A stretch of DNA of 64,000 nucleotides, taken from NCBI GenBank assembly GCA_037310415.1, contig CP147780.1, positions 2,336,001-2,400,000 of the forward strand, written 5' to 3'. This document shows positions 1 to 10,135 of the stretch, piece after piece (positions within the stretch are counted from its first letter, which is position 1; each line of letters starts with the position of its first letter). Below the pieces are notes generated by a model, which had not been told where the DNA came from, did not search any database, and worked only from the letters and a program-made list of their open reading frames with translations. The stretch comes from Candidatus Atabeyarchaeum deiterrae. GTDB taxonomy: Archaea; Asgardarchaeota; Atabeyarchaeia; Atabeyarchaeales; Atabeyarchaeaceae. A program made the position numbers and the translations under genes.

Positions 1-936
1 CAACGTCTGCGTTTCTGCATTCTTCTGCTTCAGATAAGTTCGAGTTGAGGTGACCCCTGTAACTACATGGTGAAACTTCGAACCTCTAAACTCACCTTCA
101 AACATCTGGAGTGATGGTCTCTCTGCTTTCACGAGTCTGAAGTATTCACCTATGGTTCCTATTTTGACATCAACGTCAGAGTTACTTTCATTGACGCTTT
201 GGACGACCAGGGGAATATGAGGCTGGGCTTCAAGGTGGTCAGTGCCATTCATCAGGAGGACATTGTTAGTTGTGGCTTTGCTCTTCAATTTGCTAATAAC
301 ACTGGTCACGAAGGACACTGCAGTTTTCATATTGGTGCTTACGCGATCAAGGTTTCCATAACCGAGTGTAAGCCAATGAGCCAAGACTGACGATTCTCCA
401 TCGGGAGCACGCCATATGAACTCTGATTTCAGATTGTCTCCTTCGTTTCCGAATCCTCTCTCGAACACTGCTGTATTCAGTCCGAATCCTTGGAATATCT
501 GTGGGGTCTGCGCGATTTGCCCAAAGGCGTCTGGAATGTAGCCGATCTTGGTAAGTTTGCCGAGTTCCTCTGAGATCCTCATACCGAGAAGCAGGTTCCT
601 TATGTGCGCTTCGCCGCTGATTAGAAAATTGTCTGGCAGTATATAGAACGGGCCGACAGCGATTCGGCCCTGCTCAATACGTTTCTTCAGCTCTGCTTGC
701 CTTTCGGGTCTAACTTCGAGATAGTCTTCAAGAGGGATTACTTGTCCGTCGAAAGTGAAGCAGGTGAACTTTGGATCGTTTGCAAGAATCGTGAGGAGGT
801 TGTCTATCATCTTGACCAGGCGTATTCTGAATACGTATAATGGCGAGTACCACTCTCGGTCCCAATGTGTATGAGGAACCAGAATGGCCTTGGTCTTCAT
901 CTTCTCTTTTTCCAGCTTGGGTTTCTTTGCGGACAT
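1..936 (-). CDS. Glycoside hydrolase family 38 (alpha-mannosidase / mannosylglycerate hydrolase-like), 5' part; runs off window start
   Basis: Not in ORF track. Manual translation from ATG at 936: MSAKKPKLEKEKMKTKAILVPHTHWDREWYSPLYVFRIRLVKMIDNLL...FTFDGQ. HTHWDREW and F..DGQ are GH38 N-terminal Zn-binding motifs. Confidence 0.9.
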   Translation of the reverse strand, partial: MSAKKPKLEKEKMKTKAILVPHTHWDREWYSPLYVFRIRLVKMIDNLLTILANDPKFTCFTFDGQVIPLEDYLEVRPERQAELKKRIEQGRIAVGPFYILPDNFLISGEAHIRNLLLGMRISEELGKLTKIGYIPDAFGQIAQTPQIFQGFGLNTAVFERGFGNEGDNLKSEFIWRAPDGESSVLAHWLTLGYGNLDRVSTNMKTAVSFVTSVISKLKSKATTNNVLLMNGTDHLEAQPHIPLVVQSVNESNSDVDVKIGTIGEYFRLVKAERPSLQMFEGEFRGSKFHHVVTGVTSTRTYLKQKNAETQTL

Positions 937-1146
937 GTTCGATCCCTCTAGTCCTGGTCCAGGTAACGCGAGTATTGTGTAGTTACCTATCTGCTGGATA
1001 ATAACGCTTGTGCAGATGTGCACTCCGCAGTCTATTGGCGCCGTTTTTAAGCGCAAGAAGGTGATCAGAGGGCGATCACAACGGGTAAGCTGATCTAAAT
1101 TGGCCAGCTAGAAGTGGAATTTAACTATTCACGGTTTCTTGCTTCT

Positions 1147-1677
1147 TTAAGGATTTCTTCGCCCCGTCTGTGGCTTTGTCTGGTGTGCCTTTGGCTCCTT
1201 TTTGAGAACCCTTGGTTTTTCACCTAGGATTGGTTTCTTCTCAGCCTCTCTTGCTCCTTCGTCTCTTCTCTTCCGAATCTGTGCGAGTTCGTCATGCGCG
1301 CGACTGATCTCAAGAACCACTTGCGCGCTCATTTGACCTATTGTCTGGAGGGCTTTCTCAAGTTTGTCCAGAACTTCATCTTCGAGTTCAGCATCAGAAA
1401 AAGAGTCGCCCGTTTCCATATCCTTGGAGGCTGGTAGCTGGGCTGAACCCATGGTCATGCCCTGACTGGACAAAGTGTTGTCTGAGGCCTCTACTGCTCT
1501 TATGACATAGTCAGCATCCACCCATATTGTGGTGGAATGGATCGGGTCACCGTGTAAGTAAGCTATTGAGATTGGGAGGCTCTTTGCTTCGGTCAGCATT
1601 GAGTCTTCCACTTTTATTCTTAGGAGGTTACTGCATTTCGGACATTTGACCTCAACCAACCTACCAGCTGAAGGCAA
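1147..1677 (-). CDS. Hypothetical protein with N-terminal CxxC/His putative metal-binding domain and C-terminal helical/charged region
   Basis: VKCPKC...IAYLHGDPIHSTTIWVD; 15 bp downstream of Rab-like GTPase on same strand. Confidence 0.65.
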   Translation of the reverse strand: MPSAGRLVEVKCPKCSNLLRIKVEDSMLTEAKSLPISIAYLHGDPIHSTTIWVDADYVIRAVEASDNTLSSQGMTMGSAQLPASKDMETGDSFSDAELEDEVLDKLEKALQTIGQMSAQVVLEISRAHDELAQIRKRRDEGAREAEKKPILGEKPRVLKKEPKAHQTKPQTGRRNP

Positions 1678-1692
1678 GGCGTAAGTTCACTC

Positions 1693-2268
1693 CTAAGGCT
1701 TGTGACTATAGGCAAACGCCAATTCCGCCGCTTTGGCAAATACGTTCTCAACATTTAGACCTGTCTTTGAAGACACGTCAAAGTAGCTGTGAAGCCTGTT
1801 CTTCTTAGCGAAAGACTCCCCTTCATCAGGTTTCACGGTTCTCTTTTCTTCAATGTCAACTTTCGTGCCCACTAATATTATGGGTATGTCTCCAGAATTC
1901 TTCCTGATTATGTCCACCCACTCTGGAAGGTTCTTGACGCTTTGGAAGCGCGTGGTGTCGAAGGCTAGAATAGCTGCATTAGCGCCCTTGCAATAAGTTG
2001 GGAGAATGAATCTGAACCTTTCTTCTCCCCCGAAGTCCCAGATCTGGAGTTTGACTTTCTCATTCTCCAATTCGACATCCTTTGATGCGAATCCGACGCC
2101 CACCGTGGTCCTAGTGTCACTCTTGAAAAGACCTTCGCAGTACCTGATGATTAAGGTGGTTTTGCCGACCCCTCCTTCGCCAGCGACGACCAGTTTGTAG
2201 ACATATCTTTTTTCGCTCGAAGGAGTTGATGGTTTCTTCTGTTCCTTTGGCTTATCTTTCTTCCACAT
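1693..2268 (-). CDS. Rab-like small GTPase (Ras superfamily)
   Basis: G1 GEGGVGKT, G2/RabF1-like TTVGVGF, KLQIWDFGGE (G3), RFRFI, G4 TKVD, G5 VSSK; no C-terminal Cys. Confidence 0.95.
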   Translation of the reverse strand: MWKKDKPKEQKKPSTPSSEKRYVYKLVVAGEGGVGKTTLIIRYCEGLFKSDTRTTVGVGFASKDVELENEKVKLQIWDFGGEERFRFILPTYCKGANAAILAFDTTRFQSVKNLPEWVDIIRKNSGDIPIILVGTKVDIEEKRTVKPDEGESFAKKNRLHSYFDVSSKTGLNVENVFAKAAELAFAYSHKP

Positions 2269-2437
2269 TTTCCTAACGGCACCTCGCAGGCATCTGACCT
2301 AGTCATGAGCGCATAGATATACTAATTGACGACAATCAGGTATAAGTCTGATTTAACTATTGTTATCGTGAATATATTTTGGTTCTCCTACTTCAATCTT
2401 TGTTTTCACACAGAAAAGTGGAACGGCAGAAACGGCA

Positions 2438-3208
2438 TTAGAACATTCCTGCGAGGATCCTTGAGATTAGAACATCTCCAATCACAAACGGAACAACTGT
2501 CGCGACTGTCCCCATTACCACCATTTCACCGCCAGAGAAAAACCAGTTTCTGCCCGTGAACTTAGTCTTCCACACACCGATAATGAACAGCAAGACAAGA
2601 GTTATGAAAGACGCGATAAGTATGTCAACATCAGGGATAACGGTCACGAAGAAGGCGGCAAGAGGTACAGATCCACCAAGCAAGAAGGCAGCGAACATTG
2701 TCAAAGCCACCTTGCTAGGACGCTCAAATCGTTCCTCAACGAGACCCAGTTCCTCCCTCAGCATCGTCTCAACCCAAGTCTTCTTCTCGCCAGTTAGGCG
2801 ACCGATTATCATGTCCAGCTCTTTCTCCGTGAACTTGGCTTTTTTGCAGTATATCTGACGGAGCTCTTCTCTTTCCACGTCTGGGAGCTCCTCGATTTCG
2901 TCTTTTTCCTTTTTGATCTGGCTTCTTAGGTATTCGATTTCGGATTTGGATGAGATGTATGCGCCGACGGCCATTGATATTGCCCCCGCTATGACTCCAG
3001 AAAAGCCTGCTATCAGCACACTGAGTAGGGTAAGGTTTCCGCCAGTGACACCTGCAAGTAGTGCTAGAGTTGAGACAGAGCCATCGTTGATTCCAAAGAC
3101 TATTTCTCTCATGTTGACTTTGCTGTGCCATTTCTCTCCTTCTTCGATTGCTTTCTTGGCTCTCTCGACTACTTCCTTTCTGCTTAGATTAGGCATTTTT
3201 GGCATCAC
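2438..3208 (-). CDS. VIT1/CCC1 family Fe/Mn transporter
   Basis: REIVFGINDG, AGAISMAVGAYIS, Glu-rich cytosolic loop (MLREELGL), hydrophobic C-terminal helices. Confidence 0.92.
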   Translation of the reverse strand: MMPKMPNLSRKEVVERAKKAIEEGEKWHSKVNMREIVFGINDGSVSTLALLAGVTGGNLTLLSVLIAGFSGVIAGAISMAVGAYISSKSEIEYLRSQIKKEKDEIEELPDVEREELRQIYCKKAKFTEKELDMIIGRLTGEKKTWVETMLREELGLVEERFERPSKVALTMFAAFLLGGSVPLAAFFVTVIPDVDILIASFITLVLLFIIGVWKTKFTGRNWFFSGGEMVVMGTVATVVPFVIGDVLISRILAGMF

Positions 3209-3485
3209 CTTAACTGACTAGTGCCCAAGTTAGCGGCCGGCTGCGAACCATGTCACGATGGTCCTTCTGATAAACTTTCCCAGTGGTGCTATCACTGCTT
3301 TCTAATATTCGAGGCTGCGCTATTTTTCCTCGCTTTTCGCGACTTATAACGTGTTATCATCAAAAACCAAGGGAATCGGAGAGAATTATCTGGGAAGGTA
3401 ATGTTTAATAATTCTCAGGTACCTAAATAGGAGTAGGTAGAATCTATCAGTACGAACTGTTGTCCCTTCTAGCGAGGGAGGTGGA

Positions 3486-4208
3486 TTGGCGGAGGTCAAT
3501 CAAACTTCGGAATTCGGTTTGGACGATGCGCTTTGTGTACTGAATGCGTACGGTGATTCAACGTACGAGTTAGAGGACACGCTGTTTCACAAGTACATTA
3601 TGATCTGCGCATCGATGAAGAAGGGAAAAGGTGAGGAGCTGGGCAGAGACAAGTTCCACCTACTTCTTGACCAGTTGTCCACCAAGGGCTTCGTCAAGCT
3701 GATTAGCAGGGGAGACAAGCTTTACTGGATGAGGCTCCGCTCACTCCTCGAATTGGAGGAAGGGATAGAACTCACACCAGAGAAGGCACAGCAGATGGTC
3801 GACGAAGCAAGAGTGAAGAGAGAAGCGGATGCCCAGCAGAGAGCGCAAGTGGAACGAGGAGAAGAAGAACCTCAGGTCTCCCAGAAACCCACTGTTGGTC
3901 AAATGGCTGACGTAATACTTAGTGAACTAATGAAGAAGTCTGAGCCTGACAAAGTAAAGTCTTACCACATCCGAGGGGAGTCTGGTGATGTGAGGACTCC
4001 CATAAGGGAGATGCATGAAGCACTCATCAGCGGCGAAGACGAGTTTCGTTTGTATATTGAGAGAAGCCTCCCCCCTAAACTCAAGGGGCAACTGACATAC
4101 TTCCTTGCGACTTCTGGAAGGGATGCACTTCTAGCAGCTCTCGCCGTGTCACTCAGCATACCCGTGCACCAAGCAGCCACAACTAAGGAGTCCACTTCGG
4201 GCACCTAG
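3486..4208 (+). CDS. Hypothetical protein, possible N-terminal winged helix
   Basis: 240-aa ORF with GGAGGTGG RBS; FHLLLDQLSTKGFVKLISRGDKLYW resembles a wHTH recognition helix and wing. Confidence 0.55.
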   Translation: MAEVNQTSEFGLDDALCVLNAYGDSTYELEDTLFHKYIMICASMKKGKGEELGRDKFHLLLDQLSTKGFVKLISRGDKLYWMRLRSLLELEEGIELTPEKAQQMVDEARVKREADAQQRAQVERGEEEPQVSQKPTVGQMADVILSELMKKSEPDKVKSYHIRGESGDVRTPIREMHEALISGEDEFRLYIERSLPPKLKGQLTYFLATSGRDALLAALAVSLSIPVHQAATTKESTSGT

Positions 4209-4318
4209 AACCATGCCAATCTCGGCGGACTTTTCTTCTGTGATCGGTACCCGAGTGAGAAGAGGACTTACTTAGCTTTTTGTATAGAGCATCAAAGCTC
4301 AATTCGGGAATTATCCCC

Positions 4319-4332
4319 AAAAAAAAGAAAAG
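4319..4332 (-). terminator. Oligo-T tract downstream of MFS gene (archaeal intrinsic terminator-like)
   Basis: A-run on + strand ~20 bp after the MFS stop codon. Confidence 0.4.
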
Positions 4333-4353
4333 AGGTTTTGGTGGAGTATGTTG

Positions 4354-5784
4354 TTACTTCATCTTCTCGAGTTCTCTTCCTCGTTGCTCCAGCTTCTTGC
4401 GCATTTTCTCAGCGTCTACTGCGTAAGTCTTGTATGCAAGTGTGTAAAAGATCAGACAGAGGATCCATGGAATTACGGCAACAAGGAACATCGCTTGGCC
4501 AAGTGCCGCCGTGTTCGCCACTGCCGCAGCGGGGTTGGCAGCGCGGAATTCTGGTACTGTCATACCTAGGGGCGGTTGGATGAATCCAAACAACAGTGAA
4601 GCCGCGCCTACGAACACTGTTCCCAAAGCTGCAACTGAGCCCTCAAACACTCGGTCAACTGAGAACACCGTGCCCCTGATTTCTGGTTCGAAAATATCGC
4701 TGAATATGGTACTGTTCTGGGGGCCGCACCATGATATGAGTAGACCCGTGAGTGCTCCGAATATCACGAAAAGCAGAATCGAGTCAGTTACTGCGGGAAT
4801 CAACAAGAAGATCACGTAAGTCAGTGGTATTCCGGAGAAGACTGAGATCTGCGCAGCAATAATCCTGCCGCTTCTCGGTCGCCATTTTGCAGCCCTATCA
4901 CCAATCCACCCACCGAAGAGGTTTCCCACAGCTGCACCTATCGCTACCAAAGCGAAAATCAAGCCGGCAGTTAGAGAGTCGAACCCTATATACTCGAACC
5001 AAGTAATCATGAAGAAAATCCCGTTCCATGGAAGTGATCCTGCGACGCCCTGTAACAGGATTATGTCGAACGTCTTGTTTGAGAGTATTTTCTTGAAGTC
5101 AGAACGTTTGACCTTGTATTTCTCCGCTTTCTGGGCGGTCAACACTTTCATTAGCTCTGGTTCCATTTCACCTCGTAGCGGATCCTTCGCTACGGCCAGA
5201 ATAGTCACACCGATGATTATGCTCAGGGCTCCCCATGTGAGAAATACGAACCTCCATCCAGTTATTCCCATGATCACGCTGTCACCTATTGCGGTGGCGT
5301 AGACTGTTCCAACGACAGCTCCAAGCACCCCTGTAAGACCCAGCCATCCATAGGCTTTTCCTCTCTTTTCTGGGGCTATGTAGTCTGCAATGAGAGACGA
5401 AGTCGTGGGGATAATCACTGCAAGACCGATGCCTGTGATTGATCGCCATATGAGCATGTCAACGTAGGTCACAGAAATTGCCGTCAGAATCGTGAATATG
5501 GACCAGAAGAAGCATCCAAAAGCAAGTACACGTTTCCTTGAGTGCTTGTCATTCCACCACCCCCACATCGGGGTTGTCGCAGCTTGAAGGAATGATCTTA
5601 TCCCGGTAATGGTCCCTAATTGAAGTGGGTTTAGTCCAACGTCGGTTCCTATTTGTGCGTAGAGTGAAGGGAACAACTGTCCATCAGAGTTGTCAATGAT
5701 GTTGGCGGTGTTGATGACTGCCTGCGTTCGCCCTCTGCCAGGTATTTTTACTTCCTTGGTTTTCGCCGGTTTCTCTTTTGACAA
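4354..5784 (-). CDS. Major facilitator superfamily transporter (Spinster-like)
   Basis: ~12 hydrophobic segments; MFS motif A-like WGWWNDKHSRKR; LIADYIAPEKRGKAYG; GGWIGDR. Confidence 0.9.
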   Translation of the reverse strand: MSKEKPAKTKEVKIPGRGRTQAVINTANIIDNSDGQLFPSLYAQIGTDVGLNPLQLGTITGIRSFLQAATTPMWGWWNDKHSRKRVLAFGCFFWSIFTILTAISVTYVDMLIWRSITGIGLAVIIPTTSSLIADYIAPEKRGKAYGWLGLTGVLGAVVGTVYATAIGDSVIMGITGWRFVFLTWGALSIIIGVTILAVAKDPLRGEMEPELMKVLTAQKAEKYKVKRSDFKKILSNKTFDIILLQGVAGSLPWNGIFFMITWFEYIGFDSLTAGLIFALVAIGAAVGNLFGGWIGDRAAKWRPRSGRIIAAQISVFSGIPLTYVIFLLIPAVTDSILLFVIFGALTGLLISWCGPQNSTIFSDIFEPEIRGTVFSVDRVFEGSVAALGTVFVGAASLLFGFIQPPLGMTVPEFRAANPAAAVANTAALGQAMFLVAVIPWILCLIFYTLAYKTYAVDAEKMRKKLEQRGRELEKMK

Positions 5785-5987
5785 TCTGTAGCTCTCCTCC
5801 TAGAGTTCTGCGATTATCTCTCCTCTCGATTAGATTTATGAACGCCGTATATGTCGATAACTCGTTAATAAAGCATACTACTACCTGCCAACTTGTCACC
5901 AGACTTGCTCTCTAAATTTGCCAGATCTCAACGTGATGGATTGATGCTATCCAGTTCCGCTCAGTTTCTCGCCTTATATATGATGCC

Positions 5988-7679
5988 TTGTTGATGGCAG
6001 TTCAATCCAGTCTTGATTTGAAGGATGGGCATGAGGCGAGAAACGCCATGAACCTGAAAAAGATTGTCATAATTCAGAAGGCCAAGAAATCAGCGAAGGA
6101 ATTCGATTGGGTCACCGAGCACCCCGTGGAGTGCCAAGAGAACTTCGTCCTAATGCTAGCCAAGATGAATAGGAATACTCTGTTTGGAAAACGGCACGAG
6201 TTAGATAGAATCAGGTGTATTGATGATTATCAGATACGTGTATCCGTGAATAATTATGCCGATTTGAAGAAGTACATTAACCTGATAATGAAAGGTGAGC
6301 GCGATGTCCTGTTCCCAGGCGCACCAGTTTGGTGGGCAAAGACATCAGGGACTACCTCTGAACCGAAGTTTATCCCGATGTCGAGAGAGATGACCAAGTA
6401 CTACGATACCGGATCGAGGTTTCTCTACTCTTTCATATTGGAGAATCCCAAGGAGAACATAGACATCTTGTCGGGTAAACTTCTCTACCTCAGAGCACCC
6501 TCGATCGTTGAGCACATCAATCGCATTCCTGTCGGATACATTAGCGGCATAACTGGTCGGACTCAGTCCAGATTCGCTAAACGAATGGTCGTACCAGGCA
6601 GCGAGACAACTGAACTCGGCAACTGGAATGACAAGTTTTACAGAACAGTTCTAGAGACTGTAGGAGAAAATGTCACAATGGTAGTCGGAGTGACGCCGCT
6701 CCTTGTTTCCATGTTTAGAAGAATGGCGGAGGAATACCCTCCAAGGCTGCTCCTTGACCTGAAGAATGAATATGACAAAAAGAAGGTACGAAGAGCTTTG
6801 AAGAAAGGAGGAGGGAGACTTCTGCCAGTTAATTGCTGGGAGAATTTGAAGCTTTTCTGTCCTTCAGGCGCATCAATCAAGCCATACCTCGCCCAATACA
6901 GGGATCTCTTCGGGGACGTTCCTATAAGGGAGGTGTATGCTGCCACGGAGGGGCAATTCGGAGCTGCCGATGGAGAATGCAACGGGTTACTAATGAACTG
7001 GGACAGGTACCTTTTCGAGTTCCTCCCCATCAATAAGAGGGCAGAAAAACGCGACGGGGAAGAGGCAGAAAAACTTGGTTCACCGCAACCCGTAGACGAT
7101 AGGTTGACCGTCGCGGAGTTGAAAGTTGGCAACCTTTACGAATTACTCATAACAAATCCATTCGGGCTTTATTCGTACAGAATTGGAGACATAGTGAGAC
7201 TTGAATCAAAAAGCCCGTACAGGTTCACTTTGGTCGGCAGAACAAAGATGACATTGAATGTATTTGGGGAGAAAGTCTGCGAGGAGCATGTCTCGACTGC
7301 TCTGAGGGTTGCCGAGGAGGCAACAAAGGCGATCATTTCTGAATACAGTTGCACCGTCCTGTTAGAAGAAAGCGGGGGACCACGCTACGTAATGTACGTC
7401 GAATTCATTAGACCGCCTTCAGATAAGAGGAAATTTGTAACAACGTGGGACAAGAAACTGCAAGAAGTAGCGCCCGCCTACGGTTGTTTTAGAGCTAATG
7501 ATTCGATGCTCAAAGCTCCAGAGATAGTGATGCTGATGAATGGTGCCTTCCGAAAATTCGAGGAGAAGCGCATGAGGAGCGTTCAAGCTTCGGGTCAACT
7601 GAAGCCACCGCACATTGCAAGCGCTGGGGAATTAATCAATGAATTAGGTCATCCGCTCTATCCTACCCAAACGAACTAA
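5988..7679 (+). CDS. GH3 family acyl-adenylase / acyl-acid amido synthetase
   Basis: TSGTTSEPKFIP (P-loop motif I), YAATEG (motif II), YSYRIGDIV (motif III), VGR...FGEK; true start may be ATG at 6048. Confidence 0.92.
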   Translation: MLMAVQSSLDLKDGHEARNAMNLKKIVIIQKAKKSAKEFDWVTEHPVECQENFVLMLAKMNRNTLFGKRHELDRIRCIDDYQIRVSVNNYADLKKYINLIMKGERDVLFPGAPVWWAKTSGTTSEPKFIPMSREMTKYYDTGSRFLYSFILENPKENIDILSGKLLYLRAPSIVEHINRIPVGYISGITGRTQSRFAKRMVVPGSETTELGNWNDKFYRTVLETVGENVTMVVGVTPLLVSMFRRMAEEYPPRLLLDLKNEYDKKKVRRALKKGGGRLLPVNCWENLKLFCPSGASIKPYLAQYRDLFGDVPIREVYAATEGQFGAADGECNGLLMNWDRYLFEFLPINKRAEKRDGEEAEKLGSPQPVDDRLTVAELKVGNLYELLITNPFGLYSYRIGDIVRLESKSPYRFTLVGRTKMTLNVFGEKVCEEHVSTALRVAEEATKAIISEYSCTVLLEESGGPRYVMYVEFIRPPSDKRKFVTTWDKKLQEVAPAYGCFRANDSMLKAPEIVMLMNGAFRKFEEKRMRSVQASGQLKPPHIASAGELINELGHPLYPTQTN

Positions 7680-7855
7680 GAAGTTGCCTTTGTCACGCCG
7701 AGCAGGTCATTTGTCTGATGTAGACGAACAAGCCCCACTCCAATCTAGATTAGTCGAAAGCGCGATCCTCCAAAGCCTAGAGCTTTTTTATACTCGGATT
7801 CGTACTTGAGAAACAGTTGTCGGAAGACTATAGCAAGAGATGGCGTAGGAACTAG

Positions 7856-8206
7856 ATGAGGTTTCACAGAAGATTTGAAAAGGCTGTGGCTGCGATCAAC
7901 GAGCGTCGTCACCGAGACCCCAAGATCCAACAAGCGCTTGATCGATACCACAACAGAAGCTTCGTCTTCAAAGTCCGCAAAGATGCAACGTATGTCTTCT
8001 GCATTTCAAAAGACGGCGTAGAGTATCAGGTGAATCCTGCGAATGAACCCAACGACATGTATGTCGAAATGGACTTAGATAAAGCCAAGAGACTTGTGTA
8101 CCGGCAAAGTCTGGGCATCTTTGATATGTTGTCCGTTGTACACAGAAATATCGGAATGGCTGAAATAGACTTTGCGAAGAAACTATTCGGAGAAAAGAAA
8201 ACCTAG
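7856..8206 (+). CDS. Hypothetical protein, possible SCP2 (sterol carrier)-like fold
   Basis: Size and pattern helix-SFVFKV-YVFCI-DG-x-D.YVEMD-helix resemble SCP2 domains; inference only. Confidence 0.45.
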   Translation: MRFHRRFEKAVAAINERRHRDPKIQQALDRYHNRSFVFKVRKDATYVFCISKDGVEYQVNPANEPNDMYVEMDLDKAKRLVYRQSLGIFDMLSVVHRNIGMAEIDFAKKLFGEKKT

Positions 8207-8263
8207 AAAGACAAGCCATAGGAATTCTGCACATATATGAAATACTATTAAGGTAAATATGTT

Positions 8264-8740
8264 GTGCCGTGTCAGGCGGTGAGTCGAATGACCACACAAG
8301 TGAGAAGAATCGAGTTCAAGGTAAACTTGGCTTGGGATGGCAAAAGCGGCGGCGAGGTCACATTAGCCAGTGGCGCGACTCTACATGTCGACCAACCCAA
8401 AGAGTTCGGTGGAGAGGGAAAGCATCTTTGCCCTGATGATCTTTTCTTCTCAGCAATAGGTGGATGTCTCCTTACAACATTTCTCTACATGCATAGAAAA
8501 TCAAAGTTCAATCTCAAAGGCGTCCACATATCCGTGAACGGTGCGGTGGAGTCGCTTAGTCAAGAAGGCTACAGAGTGAAAGGCGCAAGAGTAAACATGA
8601 ATGTGGAGACTGACAAAGAAGGCGATGAGAAAGCTCGCAACTGCATTGAAATGACAAAGAGATTCTGCCACATAACTCGAAGCATAGAAAAATCAATCCC
8701 CATACAAATACTATCGACCGTAACAGTAAAAAGCGAATAG
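8264..8740 (+). CDS. OsmC/Ohr family protein
   Basis: DQPKEFGG..., PDDLFFSAIGGCL, RFCHITRS (two conserved Cys). Confidence 0.88.
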   Translation: MPCQAVSRMTTQVRRIEFKVNLAWDGKSGGEVTLASGATLHVDQPKEFGGEGKHLCPDDLFFSAIGGCLLTTFLYMHRKSKFNLKGVHISVNGAVESLSQEGYRVKGARVNMNVETDKEGDEKARNCIEMTKRFCHITRSIEKSIPIQILSTVTVKSE

Positions 8741-8782
8741 CAAATGGAAAAAGGGCTCAACAACGACGACACGTAGATTTCT

Positions 8783-9397
8783 CTACATGTCCCAGCCGCT
8801 CGTAATGTTCACCCGGTAGAATTGGTCTACGAAGACGGTCTTCGCGGACTCCGTAAAATAGTAGTAGGGACAGACATGTGTGTCATATGAGATGACGCTG
8901 AAGTGAATATGGGCATGCTCTCCGTGACACAGCAGATAGCCTAGAGTTTGATTAACTGCAACGTATTGCCCCACATGAACTAAGATCTGATTGGCTTGTA
9001 GTGCACCATATGTACTATTGAGTGCCCAAGATTCGAAGGGAATACTGATACGCCATTGAGCATTGAGGCGTAGCTCAACATTTGTCTGCCAGTGTCCTCC
9101 CCTTTCATTGTACCAGTTTGACTTTATGTCGAAAACATAGGCGTTGCATGGAGCGACAATAACCGTGGTATCATTTACTCCGAAATCAAAGCCATTATGG
9201 TAATAATCCAAGTGAATTTGTCCAAATCCTTGGATGAAATCATTATGAGAGAAATCATACAAAGGAAGTATCAATAGAGGATTCTGGCCAGAAGGCACCG
9301 TGTCAGGGTATCTGAAATAAACGAACCATACAGAAAAGCTTGCGATACAGAGAAACATGATAGTCACCGCTGCGACGGCCTTGGTTTTGCGAGACAA
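8783..9397 (-). CDS. Membrane-anchored M23-family (LytM-like) metallopeptidase
   Basis: N-terminal TM/signal; HxxxD (HNGFD), VAPCNA, VHVGQYV..NQTLG, HxH (HIHF), CPY. Confidence 0.72.
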   Translation of the reverse strand: MSRKTKAVAAVTIMFLCIASFSVWFVYFRYPDTVPSGQNPLLILPLYDFSHNDFIQGFGQIHLDYYHNGFDFGVNDTTVIVAPCNAYVFDIKSNWYNERGGHWQTNVELRLNAQWRISIPFESWALNSTYGALQANQILVHVGQYVAVNQTLGYLLCHGEHAHIHFSVISYDTHVCPYYYFTESAKTVFVDQFYRVNITSGWDM

Positions 9398-10135
9398 GAT
9401 GAACCCCTACTTCCCATGTCAAAGGAGTGCTTATCCTGCATTAAGTCTTGTGGTATCAGATGATAGTTTCTATCTTTACAAATCATTCTGCAACTCTGCC
9501 GAGGAACTCCCTCGTTTTTGGAAGTTAGATTTTTGATTGTCGCCCTTCTTACGAAGATACTCAAGAGAATCGTGGGGTAGATGTGGCTTTCTATCAAATC
9601 GCGGATCGATTGTGAAGAGAAAAGAGAAAGATAGCTGGGCAGAAAGGCGAGGGCTGACGAGTATGAAGAATGCCAGAACCAGACACTCACCAAACTCGAA
9701 TTCATCCAAGCGGAACCCGCGCCAAAATCTGGAGCTAGGTTGTGGGAAGCGGGTTCCGCCGACTGCGATCCTCACAAGATAGTGCGATGATCGCAATAGG
9801 TTTCTAGTCAAAGGACGTAAGGTTAATACAGAGAATTTCCTCCATGAATAGTCTCTAGGCGCGGAAATCGGGTATCTGAGAGTACTGGCTATCCTCTTAG
9901 TGGGGAGAATTCAATGGGACCAAAGGCGTCATCAAGACCTAGAGTTCATTCCTTTTTCTCTTTGCTCTTCTTGTCTAAAGTAGGAAAATTCCTCTTATCA
10001 TCTAGCGGCATCTTCATGACAGAATCAAACTGCAAAGCCAACCGCGTAATTCACAAACTGGAAGCCGGCTTTGCACGATCACGAGGAATGCCAGAATTGC
10101 TTCAGACTTAGGATTGAGGGGGAAATAAGTCGACA

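Noticed and set aside
9537-9782. 81-aa ORF containing LELGCG (SAM-binding-like motif)
   Set aside because: The rest of the ORF is not methyltransferase-like; the motif coincides with the hairpin and is probably incidental.
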